NCBI GenBank assembly: GCA_030649055.1
Contig: JAUSGH010000003.1
Location: 354 to 64,353 of the forward strand
Direction of reading: 5' to 3'
Source of the DNA: a bacterium
GTDB taxonomy: Bacteria > Patescibacteriota > Minisyncoccia > UBA6257 > JAUSGH01
Length of the DNA: 64,000 nt
The notes under the pieces are model-generated. The model was not told the origin of the DNA. It saw only the letters and a list, made by a program, of their open reading frames with translations, and made no database searches. A program made the translations under genes and the position numbers. Shown here piece by piece: positions 20,016-29,084 of the stretch. Numbering within the stretch: the stretch's first letter is position 1; each line of letters starts with the position of its first letter.

Positions 20016-20720
20016 TTATCGGACAACAAATACTGTCGTCAAATCATGCAAACTGTACGGCAGCGTCAGTGGCGCCTCCACAAACGCGGCACCCGGGTTT
20101 TCCCGCACCTCGGAAACGCTTCCCACAACAAGGCCATAAGGCAAATCGCGGCTTGTTGCGTATACCGGATCACCGACCGCGACGGGTTTCCCTTTCGCGA
20201 TAAGCGTAATCACCGGCGTTGCTCCGCCACGTAAAAGACCGTTCGTCGCCGAAGAACCGATACGCACGGGAATGTCGTGCGTGAGGTCAAACACGGTCCG
20301 CGCTTCGCTCCAGTCGTTCTCCACGCGAATAACCTGCCCCAACAGAATTCCTTTCGCGGCGAGCACGGCCGCGCCTTCGCGGATTCCCGCGGAGGCACCA
20401 GAGGCAAGCGTCAGCACGGACTTATCATTCAGCGGATAGAGCGCGTAGACCTTCGCGGCGATGAGCGGCGCATCGCGGCGAGGAAAGTCATCCTTCCGCG
20501 CCAGAAGTTCCGCGCGCAAACTTTGGTTTTCCATCGCAAGGGCGCCAAACTCACGCGCGATATCAAGCCGCAAGAATGCACCTTTCACAAGAAGAAACGG
20601 CAATGCGAACACGCTTTTTACTTGTCCAACAAAAGAGTCGGACGCGCGAGCAAAAACACCGCCATAAAAAATAGACCCAAGGAAAAAGATAGTTGTGATG
20701 ACAAAAAAGAGGTAGCGCAT
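20016..20720 (-). CDS. mreC: Rod shape-determining protein MreC
   Basis: TM, coiled coil (LAMENQSLRAEL), GASAGIREG, LPYGLVVGSV; downstream of mreB. Confidence 0.9.
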   Translation of the reverse strand: MRYLFFVITTIFFLGSIFYGGVFARASDSFVGQVKSVFALPFLLVKGAFLRLDIAREFGALAMENQSLRAELLARKDDFPRRDAPLIAAKVYALYPLNDKSVLTLASGASAGIREGAAVLAAKGILLGQVIRVENDWSEARTVFDLTHDIPVRIGSSATNGLLRGGATPVITLIAKGKPVAVGDPVYATSRDLPYGLVVGSVSEVRENPGAAFVEAPLTLPYSLHDLTTVFVVR

Positions 20721-20750
20721 AAAACGAGAGAACCCATCTAAAAAATAGAC

Positions 20751-20872
20751 CCCGACGCGATACGAGTCAATTCCGGCGAGTTCTAGGAGCGACGACGAAA
20801 TCGTATCCACTGAGATACCTTGAGGAGGAGCGACAACGAAATCGCCGGAATTGGCCGTATCCCGGAGGGCTC
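20751..20872. repeat. Inverted copy of the hairpin module at ~17488-17609
   Basis: CGCGATACGAGTCAATTCCGGCGA...TCGCCGGAATTGGCCGTATCCCG matches the reverse complement of 17495-17604. Confidence 0.85.
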
Positions 20873-21915
20873 TACAAGGTGATCTCCCGTGGCGTAAACG
20901 GATTGTGCAGAATCGCCATATATTTCTCAAAGTTTTCCACGGCAATGCCGGTCCCGCGCGCAACGCACGTCAGAGGGTCTTCCACAATCGTTGCCGCAAC
21001 CTGTAAATCCTTGCTGATGTATTGGTCAATGCCGCGCAGCAAACTTCCGCCGCCGCAGAGATAAATACCACGCCGCAAAATATCCCCTGCAAGCTCCGGG
21101 GGGGTCACCTCAATCACCTCTTTGATGGACTCGGTGATAATCTTCAACGACTTACTGATTGCCGCGCGTGCTTGCGCGTCACGCACCACAACCTCATTCG
21201 GAAGTCCGGTTGCCAAATCTCTTCCTCGCACCGTCATCTCCATTTTCTGCTCCAAAGGAATTGCGGAGCCGATGGTGACCTTGAGTTCCTCCGCCGTCGG
21301 GTCGCCGATCGCGAGACGAAATTCATCACGCACAAAACGGATAAGATCTTCGTTCAGCCGGTCACCCGCGATTTTCAGACTTTTCGCGACAACCGTTCCG
21401 CCCATGGAAATAACGGCGATCTCTGTTGTGCCTCCGCCAATGTCCACAATCAAGTTCGCGGTCGGTTCATCCACCGGCAACCGGGCGCCCAAGGCAGCGG
21501 CAATGGATTCTTCGATAATAAACGCCTTGTGTATTCCGGCACCCACCACCGCGTCCTCAACGGATTTTCGTTCCACTTCAGTCAAGTTGCTCGGCGCGCC
21601 AACAACCGCGCGGCGGTAATGCCACAACTTTCTAGTGTCCACGGTACGCATAAAATGGCGGAGCATTTCTTGTGTTGTTTCAAAATCCGAGATAACGCCG
21701 TTGGTGAGCGGCCGCACTACATTCACGTGTGCCGGCGTGCGGCCAATCATCTTGCGCGCTTCATCGCCCGCGGCAACCACGGCGCCGGTTTTATTATTTA
21801 TGGCAACCACCGACGGCTCATTCACCACAATGCCGCGCCCCGCGACGTATACAAGAGTATTCGCCGTGCCAAGGTCAATGCCGATATTTTTCGTGAAATA
21901 GTCTAAAAACTTCAT
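20872..21915 (-). CDS. mreB: Rod shape-determining protein MreB
   Basis: IGIDLGTANT, EPSVVA, VDIGGGTTEIAVISMGG, LCGGGSLLRG. Confidence 0.97.
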   Translation of the reverse strand: MKFLDYFTKNIGIDLGTANTLVYVAGRGIVVNEPSVVAINNKTGAVVAAGDEARKMIGRTPAHVNVVRPLTNGVISDFETTQEMLRHFMRTVDTRKLWHYRRAVVGAPSNLTEVERKSVEDAVVGAGIHKAFIIEESIAAALGARLPVDEPTANLIVDIGGGTTEIAVISMGGTVVAKSLKIAGDRLNEDLIRFVRDEFRLAIGDPTAEELKVTIGSAIPLEQKMEMTVRGRDLATGLPNEVVVRDAQARAAISKSLKIITESIKEVIEVTPPELAGDILRRGIYLCGGGSLLRGIDQYISKDLQVAATIVEDPLTCVARGTGIAVENFEKYMAILHNPFTPREITL

Positions 21916-21944
21916 AACATATTACGGTAATCCTTCGACGGTGC

Positions 21945-23204
21945 TCAGGAAATATTTATACGCTGAGCCTGTCGAAGCGCTACCATAGATGCAACAAGTT
22001 TCACCTTGCCGCTCGCGCGTTCCTTCACTTCAACTTTCTTCGCCGCGACGGTTTTTGCGCTCACGAGGCACCGCAACGGAACGCCGAGCAAATCCGCATC
22101 CGCGAATTTTTCTCCGGCGGAAACCTCGCGATCGTCAAAGAGCACCTCAACGCCGCGCTTTGTTAAATCCGCATACAGTTTTTTCGCCGCCGCACGCTCT
22201 TTCGCGCCGTCACCAAGAAGTACCAAATGCACGTCAAATGGAGCGATGGACTTCGGCCAAATAATACCGCGCTCATCGTGGCTCACTTCAACAACCGTCG
22301 CGACAATACGCGAAGGGCCGATGCCATACGAACCCATAACCACCGGCCGCGACACGCCGTCCTTATCCAAAAACTTTACGCCGAAGGCATCCGCGTAGCG
22401 CGTACCGAGCGGAAACACATTCGCAACCTCAATCGCATTGCCACTCAAAATTTTTCCTGCGCACTTCGGACACTTGCCGCTACCGGACATCATGTCGGGG
22501 CTCGCCACCTCTTTATTCTGCGCGTAGTGACATTTTTCACAATAATACACCGTGTCCTCGCCCGAAGGCGCGAGCACTTGAAACTCGTGCGTGTACTCTT
22601 TTGTGAAAGCGCCCCCCGCGGCTTCCGTAATGAGATACTTCAAACCGATGCGCTTCATAATTTTTTCATACGCTTTGATGACCGTCGCGTAATACGCATC
22701 CAAACCCGCTTTGTCGGCATGGAAACTGTAAAGGTCTTTCATCATAAACTCTCTGCCCCGAAGCAAACCATTTTTCGCGCGTGGTTCCGAACGGAACTTC
22801 GTCTGAATCTGGTACACCGCCTTCGGCAAATCTTTATATGATTGGATGAAATGCTGGGCGATTGCAGTGATGACCTCCTCGTGCGTCCAGCCCAAACCAA
22901 ACTCTTCGCCGGCTTGCGTCTTCAATTTATAGATCACGTCAACATCCCAGCGCTTGGATTTCTCCCAATACTCTTTCGCAACCAGCGCATTCATAAGCAA
23001 CTCCTCCGCGCCAATGGCGTTCATTTCTTCACGAACGATGTTGACCACCTTCTGCAACACGCGAAATCCCAACGGCAGAAACGTAAATACGCCCGCCGAC
23101 ATTTTGCGGATAAATCCCCCGCGCAAAAGATACTTCGCGTTCACCGCCTCCTCATCCTTCGGGAAGGTCTTTGTTGTTTTTGAAAAAAGTTGAGAGAATA
23201 ACAT
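21945..23204 (-). CDS. proS: Proline--tRNA ligase (short form without editing domain)
   Basis: WTHEE, QTKFRSEPRAKNGLLRGREFMMKDLYSF, GSYGIGPSR, anticodon-binding domain. Confidence 0.96.
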   Translation of the reverse strand: MLFSQLFSKTTKTFPKDEEAVNAKYLLRGGFIRKMSAGVFTFLPLGFRVLQKVVNIVREEMNAIGAEELLMNALVAKEYWEKSKRWDVDVIYKLKTQAGEEFGLGWTHEEVITAIAQHFIQSYKDLPKAVYQIQTKFRSEPRAKNGLLRGREFMMKDLYSFHADKAGLDAYYATVIKAYEKIMKRIGLKYLITEAAGGAFTKEYTHEFQVLAPSGEDTVYYCEKCHYAQNKEVASPDMMSGSGKCPKCAGKILSGNAIEVANVFPLGTRYADAFGVKFLDKDGVSRPVVMGSYGIGPSRIVATVVEVSHDERGIIWPKSIAPFDVHLVLLGDGAKERAAAKKLYADLTKRGVEVLFDDREVSAGEKFADADLLGVPLRCLVSAKTVAAKKVEVKERASGKVKLVASMVALRQAQRINIS

Positions 23205-23379
23205 CGCGGCACAAACGATTAAAATATTGCCTGAGCCTGTCGAAGGCCTTACCTAGTCCCTGCTCCGATTGTAGCAATATCAAAAAGAAAAGCAAATGAG
23301 ATAAAGTGTCTGAAAAATGTAACAGCTCGCATCGGTATGAACCCGATGCGAGCCGTAACGCTGAACTTGTCCCGAGACC

Positions 23380-23763
23380 CTACCACAAGTTGTTGACTCG
23401 CATGTACTCGCCGATCTTCCTGCGGACCTCCGCGTTCTCCCCACGCACGGCGTTCCGCGTGAAGTTCTCCTTCGTGCTCTTGCCGGAATGGTTCAGAAGC
23501 TCCTGAATGAACAAATCGGTGACACGGTAGATGCTCCCACGACGCTCCAGAAGCCCGGCGGCGGCGAGGGCGCCCCACCAATCCTTACGCTGGGGAACCC
23601 GGAAGGTCACCCAGCGCCTCTCCTTCACGCACTTGCGGAGAATCTCCACGGCGACCAACTCGGGCTCAGTCTTCCCGAAGAGCGAGTTGAAAGAGATGCC
23701 ACGATTCACAATAAACTGCGGCGTCACCTTCGTACGGTCCACCTTGGTCATGAGCGCGCTCAT
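23380..23763 (-). CDS. Hypothetical basic protein
   Basis: GGAGG SD before ATG at 23763; downstream hairpin at ~23323-23359. Confidence 0.65.
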   Translation of the reverse strand: MSALMTKVDRTKVTPQFIVNRGISFNSLFGKTEPELVAVEILRKCVKERRWVTFRVPQRKDWWGALAAAGLLERRGSIYRVTDLFIQELLNHSGKSTKENFTRNAVRGENAEVRRKIGEYMRVNNLW

Positions 23764-24072
23764 GATTCGTACCTCCACGAAGCCGGAGCAGCTTTGCGCC
23801 ATCACCACGACAGCGCGTCAGCCATTCCGTGACTACGCAACATCTTAACAAATCTAGTACGTCATGTCAAGTGCGGTGAACCAGCGCGCCCCGCAGACAC
23901 TCAAACTCCCACTCACGTTTGCCCTGATGCCTGCTTGGATCTCTCCATCAACACACTGCGCAGCTTTGCGGCGTTTTCGGCGCCAACGCCGTCAATGTGC
24001 GCCTGCATGCCGGAAGAAAAGCCCGCGGTTTCCAAATGCACGTCATAGAGGGCGAGCGACCGGTCAATGACA

Positions 24073-25086
24073 TTAGAACAGTCGCACCACGTCCCTCGCC
24101 GTCACCATCACAATCAGCGCCAAAAGAATTGCAAAGCCGGTCGCATTCGCAATCATCTCAAACCGCGGAGAAAGGCGTGAACCTTTGATTTTTTCAAATA
24201 CCAGAAACAGCAACCGCCCGCCGTCCAAGGCAGGGAACGGCATAATGTTTAACACTGCGAGGTTTAGTGAAATCGCGCCGATAAGCTGAAACAGAAACGC
24301 GAGTCCCAACGATCCGGTTTGTTGGGCAACGGAAAAAATGCCGACGGGCCCGACAAATCCTTCAAGCAACTTGCCCTGCGTGAACAACGACACGAGGATG
24401 CTCCACAGCCCCACAACAACCGACGCCATCATAATTGCCGACTGCACAAATCCTTCGCGGAGCGCGGCAAATAGCGGCAACGGCGCCGCTCCCGCCTCGG
24501 CAACAACGACGCCCAACACTCCTCCGCCACCGTTCGCCGGTTTTGGTGCCGCGCTAACTGCGATACGCCGCCCCTCGCGCACAATGTTTAACACGATGAC
24601 TTCCTCAACATGCGCGCGGATGTAACTCGTGAAGGCGCTCCCTTCCGTAAAGCCGGTAATAAAATCTCCCGCAAGAAGTCCTGCTTCAGCGGCGCCAGAA
24701 TCAGGCAGCACGCGGTCAACGAGCAACCCCCGCGGCGTACCGATAAAAAGCACTGCGGAAACAATCAGCCAACCGAGCACGACATTCATCGCAACTCCGG
24801 CCGCAATCACAACCAAGCGTTTCCACGCCGGCTGGGCAATAAAACTCCGCGCGTCATTCATGTCAGCCGTACCTGCCGTCTCGCCGTGCAAGCGCACAAA
24901 TCCGCCAAGCGGCAAGAGATTGACGCTGTACATGGTCTCTCCTTTTATTTTTCCGAACAGCCGCGGCGGAAACCCAATGCCGAACTCATCTACGCGCACG
25001 CCGAACGCCTTTGCGCAAATAAAATGCCCGAACTCATGGGCGAGAATGAGCAATGCGATGCCGAGGATAGTTAAGAAAATAATCAT
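24073..25086 (-). CDS. rseP: Site-2 (M50) intramembrane metalloprotease with PDZ domain
   Basis: HEFGH, FGIGFPP, PLGGFV, NIMPFPALDGG. Confidence 0.95.
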   Translation of the reverse strand: MIIFLTILGIALLILAHEFGHFICAKAFGVRVDEFGIGFPPRLFGKIKGETMYSVNLLPLGGFVRLHGETAGTADMNDARSFIAQPAWKRLVVIAAGVAMNVVLGWLIVSAVLFIGTPRGLLVDRVLPDSGAAEAGLLAGDFITGFTEGSAFTSYIRAHVEEVIVLNIVREGRRIAVSAAPKPANGGGGVLGVVVAEAGAAPLPLFAALREGFVQSAIMMASVVVGLWSILVSLFTQGKLLEGFVGPVGIFSVAQQTGSLGLAFLFQLIGAISLNLAVLNIMPFPALDGGRLLFLVFEKIKGSRLSPRFEMIANATGFAILLALIVMVTARDVVRLF

Positions 25087-25178
25087 GGCTCAAGATTTAT
25101 TAGCTTCGTTAGCTTTTTAGCTTCATTAGAGGAAAGCCTGTTGCCTAACGAAGCTAACCATCTAATGAAGCTGACCGC

Positions 25179-25724
25179 CTATTCCTGAATCTCCTTCACC
25201 TTCGCCGCCAAATGCTCCTCAATGCTTTTATTCGCCTTATCCACCGCCTCCTGCGCTTTCTTTCTCAGCGCAAACTTTTCATTTTCCGAAATCGCTTTTT
25301 CCTTTTCGGCGCGCTCTATTTTTTTCATCTCCTCGTCGCGCGCTCCGCGGATGCTGATGCGATGTTCTTCACAAACTTTTTTCGCGAGCTTTTCTATTTC
25401 AGATCTTCGTTCGCCGGTCATCGCAGGCAGCGTGACCCGCACAATTGTTCCCTGCACCGCGACTGAAAGTCCCAAGTTCGCCGCCTCAATGCCTTTCGCA
25501 ATTGCCGCGAGTGAATGCTGATCCCACGCGTTGACCAACAAGTCGCGCGGCGGAGCGATGGTGATGGACCCGAGCTGCTTCACCGACATGTGCGCGTCCA
25601 TATACTCCACCGCGACATCTTCGATCATTTTCGGCGACGGACGATTGGTGCGCAACCCCGAAAGTTCATTCTTCAAATTCTCCCCGATACGTTTTAATTT
25701 TTCCTCAAAATCTTTGATGTCCAT
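25179..25724 (-). CDS. frr: Ribosome recycling factor
   Basis: LRTNRPSP, VTLPAMTGERR, ISIRGAR. Confidence 0.93.
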   Translation of the reverse strand: MDIKDFEEKLKRIGENLKNELSGLRTNRPSPKMIEDVAVEYMDAHMSVKQLGSITIAPPRDLLVNAWDQHSLAAIAKGIEAANLGLSVAVQGTIVRVTLPAMTGERRSEIEKLAKKVCEEHRISIRGARDEEMKKIERAEKEKAISENEKFALRKKAQEAVDKANKSIEEHLAAKVKEIQE

Positions 25725-25813
25725 ATATATGGATAGTAACGGATGATCGCCCGCGGCGCAATTTCAAAAATCCGCTATACTAAAAACAGTGATTGTTTGT
25801 AAGGAGTACTGCT

Positions 25814-26443
25814 GTGTTTGATTTGCCGTATGCAGCACCGACGCTCTGGCCGAAATTCGAGCATATGCTCGGCTCTTACACGCCGGCAGAAATGATCCAA
25901 GCCTGCCTCTGCCACACAGGCCTTGGCGCGTGGATCGCGGTGTTCGTCACCGTCGCCACCATCGTCATGCTCCGCTGGGCGTGGAAGCGCGCCGCACCGG
26001 TCGAGACGGTGATCGCGCTGACCGAGGAGGGGCGAACGCGCGAGTACTACGCGCAGTGCGTCAAACACGTCGCGATAATGGCGCTACTTGGCGGCCTCGC
26101 AGGAAACGCCGTGGATATTGACCACATCATCGCCAAACTCCTCTTCCCTTGGTATACCTGCGGAAGACTCTTGCACACGGCGGGGTTTCACATCGGCGCG
26201 TTCTTCCTCGTCGTTATCTACGCTCGGCTCGCGGCTTTCGTTATGGGAGGCGTGCTTGCGCACTTCCGCTGGTCGCCGATCGCAAGCATCGGCGACGGAA
26301 TCATCGGCCTTGCGGCGCATGGATGGGACATAAAGGATCCACGATTCCTGTGGAAATTCACCACGTACTACACGTGGCGCACCGTCGCTGCGTGGGTAGT
26401 CGTGACACACGTCTTAGAGGACTACGCATGGAACTTGTTCTAG
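25814..26443 (+). CDS. Membrane protein, YdjM/DUF457 metal-dependent hydrolase-like
   Basis: DIDH, GRLLH, THVLED motifs between TM helices; AAGGAG SD before GTG. Confidence 0.6.
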   Translation: MFDLPYAAPTLWPKFEHMLGSYTPAEMIQACLCHTGLGAWIAVFVTVATIVMLRWAWKRAAPVETVIALTEEGRTREYYAQCVKHVAIMALLGGLAGNAVDIDHIIAKLLFPWYTCGRLLHTAGFHIGAFFLVVIYARLAAFVMGGVLAHFRWSPIASIGDGIIGLAAHGWDIKDPRFLWKFTTYYTWRTVAAWVVVTHVLEDYAWNLF

Positions 26444-26612
26444 CGACTCGCGAGAGCCCGGTCTGCCTCGGCAGCCGGGCTCTTCACTTTTTAGAATCAA
26501 AGGGCGTGAAACGCCTACATTATCATCACTTCACCACCTCCCTAATACGACGCAGGAAGCGTAGGCGTGCTTTCGAGCGAGCATGTTGGAGCGATACTAT
26601 ACACGACTGATA

Positions 26613-26834
26613 CATTCCGCCGCGCTATTCTTTTTCGTAACCTAAGTGCAGCCGAGTCAGAAAACCGTGAGTGAAGGGCGGATTTTTTGACCATGCACGA
26701 ATGAGACGGAAAATCCTCCCGCCTGCGGGCGGGAGGAGGAACGCGAGCCTCGTTCGTGCATTCAAAAAATCAACCGCAGCGAACGGGCTTTCTCGAGGCG
26801 GAGCGGGTAAGAAAAAGAATGGAGCGGCGGAATG
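26613..26834. repeat. ~220-bp imperfect palindrome (MITE/REPIN-like)
   Basis: CATTCCGCCGC-GCTATTCTTTTTC / GAAAAAGAATGGA-GCGGCGGAATG ends; apical CCTCCCGCC-TGCG-GGCGGGAGG. Confidence 0.75.
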
Positions 26835-26880
26835 AGCCGGACCCGTGAACAATACTATGCAGGGCTTTCGCGAGGTGGAT

Positions 26881-27621
26881 TCACGCATCCAACAACGTCT
26901 CCAACTGCAACTTCCTGTTCGTATTAAAATCCTGCATCTTCGCCCACCTCTCCGTCAGCCGCCCCATGAGCCGCACATGTTTCACCGGATCCTTGCGGCA
27001 CTCTATCAACACATGCCGCACGAAATGCGCGAGTAGCTGTTCGACGCGCGAAAGCTCCTCGGCTTCCAGCACATCCGCAATAATAACTCTCCGCTCCGCG
27101 ACAGCGCCCGCAACAAATTTCTTTGCCAACTGCGCCGCTGTTTTTTCGGCGCCCGAAAGCTCCTCCTCTCCCTCGCTCCCCACATATATTTTTTGGAAAC
27201 GCGAAGCAAGTGGCGCCACAATTACCCTCGGGTCAAGCGCACTCATCAAAATTAGTCCGTGCTCCGGCGGCTCCTCAACGGTTTTCAAAAACGCGTGCTG
27301 CGCCTCGGTAGACAGCGCATCCGCGCCATTCACAAAAACCGTTTTCCGCGCCGCGCGCAGCGGTTTTTGCCACAAAAAAGTAATTGCCTCCCGCACACTT
27401 CCGATGCTGATAGTTCCGCCGTCACCGGCCCCAAATTCACGGCTATCAATACACAAGCCATCGCACGAGGTCTTTCCGCATTCAAGGAGCGCGATAATCG
27501 CGCGGCAGACATTAGCAATCGCGGTCGGCGATTCGCCCCAAAAAAGATACGCGTGGCCCAACCGCCCTTCCGCAATATGGACCTTAAAATCGCTTATTAA
27601 GGAGTGTGCGCTTGTAGACAT
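26881..27621 (-). CDS. holB: DNA polymerase III delta-prime-like subunit
   Basis: HAYLFWG, ISIGSVRE, ADALSTEAQHAFLKTVEEPP, PLASRFQ. Confidence 0.88.
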   Translation of the reverse strand: MSTSAHSLISDFKVHIAEGRLGHAYLFWGESPTAIANVCRAIIALLECGKTSCDGLCIDSREFGAGDGGTISIGSVREAITFLWQKPLRAARKTVFVNGADALSTEAQHAFLKTVEEPPEHGLILMSALDPRVIVAPLASRFQKIYVGSEGEEELSGAEKTAAQLAKKFVAGAVAERRVIIADVLEAEELSRVEQLLAHFVRHVLIECRKDPVKHVRLMGRLTERWAKMQDFNTNRKLQLETLLDA

Positions 27622-28594
27622 CAAGGTGGTTCAAAATAAGTCCGGCGCCTTTGGCAACGCAGAATAACGGCTCCTCCGCGATATACGTTTCCACTCCGGT
27701 CATACGCTTAAAGAAGTCATCGATGCCACGCAAATGTCCGCCGCCGCCCGAAACGAGAATACCCTGCTCCATAATATCCGCCACAAGTTCCGGTGGAGTG
27801 CTATTAAACACATTCTGCACCGTAGTTGCGATTTCGATAAGCAACGGATTCAAACTTTCGGCGATTTCATTGGAATTCAGCACGATGTCGCGCGGCAATC
27901 CGTACACCAAGTCACGGCCGCGAATCTGATATTCCAATTTTTCCTTTGACGGCAGCGCCGCCCCGATTTGAATTTTCACCGCCTCCGCGGTTTGCTCACC
28001 GATGGAAAGCGAATACTTGCGTTTCACGTAATCAATGATGGCCTGGTCAAACTTATTTCCCGCGACTTTTAAGCTCGCCCACGACACAATGCCGCCGAGT
28101 GAAATCACCGCGACCTCGGAGGTACCACCGCCGATGTTGATAATCATATTGCCGGAGTGATGATTGATGGTGATACCCGCGCCTAAGGCGGCCAAAATCG
28201 GCTCTTTCACAATATAGACTTCTTTCGCTCCGGCCTCACGTCCGGCGTTGATCACCGCGCGACGCTCAACCGAAGACACGCCCGCGGGAACGGAAAGCAC
28301 GACTTCCGGTTTGACGATATTAAATGAGCCTGTTGCTTTCGCGATAAAATACTTGAGCATCGCGCGCGTAATGTAGTAGTCGGCAATGACGCCGTCTTTC
28401 ATCGGACGGTACGCGACAATATCATCCGGCGTGCGGCCAATCATATCTTTTGCTTCGCGGCCAACGGCAAGCACGGTATTATCCGGCACGCTCATCGCGA
28501 CGATCGTCGGCTCATTGATGACAAACCCTTTGCCCGGCACAAACACGATGGTGTTCACCGTGCCGAGGTCAATACCTATTTTCCGTGTAAACAT
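27584..28594 (-). CDS. mreB: Second MreB/Mbl-family actin homologue
   Basis: IGIDLGTVNT, RPMKDGVIAD, NIGGGTSEVAVISLGG. Confidence 0.95.
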   Translation of the reverse strand: MFTRKIGIDLGTVNTIVFVPGKGFVINEPTIVAMSVPDNTVLAVGREAKDMIGRTPDDIVAYRPMKDGVIADYYITRAMLKYFIAKATGSFNIVKPEVVLSVPAGVSSVERRAVINAGREAGAKEVYIVKEPILAALGAGITINHHSGNMIINIGGGTSEVAVISLGGIVSWASLKVAGNKFDQAIIDYVKRKYSLSIGEQTAEAVKIQIGAALPSKEKLEYQIRGRDLVYGLPRDIVLNSNEIAESLNPLLIEIATTVQNVFNSTPPELVADIMEQGILVSGGGGHLRGIDDFFKRMTGVETYIAEEPLFCVAKGAGLILNHLDVYKRTLLNKRF

Positions 28595-28641
28595 AGTTCA
28601 ATAAAACAATAAAGCAATAAAGCAATAAAGCAAAGCGTTCG

Positions 28642-29004
28642 TTACCGTTCTATCCTTTGGTCCAGTCCACGTATTTCCGCCCAAAGCATCGCGCCAATTT
28701 CATCCGCAATGACAGCGCCGCGTTCGTAGTCTTTAGCAGAAATGTACTTTTCAACAAAAGCAAAATGAAGAAGGTACCGGGATTCTTTGAAAGAACCGAA
28801 TGCTATTTCAAGAAAATTCAGACGTACGAGAGGTTTCCGCCGGGCATATCCCTCAATATAATTTAAAACAACAGAAAGGGTGGCACGCCGAAACTGCGAC
28901 GTAACACCGAAAAGCTCTTCTCTAGGAAAGTTTTTTGTAATTGCGTAAACAAGGTGAGTATAGTCATCCATTTTACCTTTAAGTTTTTCCTGAAAATCAT
29001 TCAT
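28642..29004 (-). CDS. Four-helix bundle protein (23S rRNA IVS protein / Avd-like family)
   Basis: TKNFPREELFGVTSQFRRATLSVVLNYIEG, FLEIAFGSFKE. Confidence 0.92.
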   Translation of the reverse strand: MNDFQEKLKGKMDDYTHLVYAITKNFPREELFGVTSQFRRATLSVVLNYIEGYARRKPLVRLNFLEIAFGSFKESRYLLHFAFVEKYISAKDYERGAVIADEIGAMLWAEIRGLDQRIER

Positions 29005-29084
29005 CGTCTTGCATGATTGTTTTTGTATTTTTGTTTCGTTGTTTTGATGCTCTGATGCTTTATTGCTTCGTTGTTTTATTGCTT

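Noticed and set aside
20721-20963. Long N-terminal extension of MreC in the ORF track (also extensions of SIMPL, murA, infC, nucleotidase)
   Set aside because: The extensions run through repeats, promoters or the neighbouring gene; downstream starts match the family N-termini.
28642-29004. Diversity-generating retroelement (Avd-like gene)
   Set aside because: No reverse transcriptase and no template/variable repeat pair differing at adenines was found in the window.
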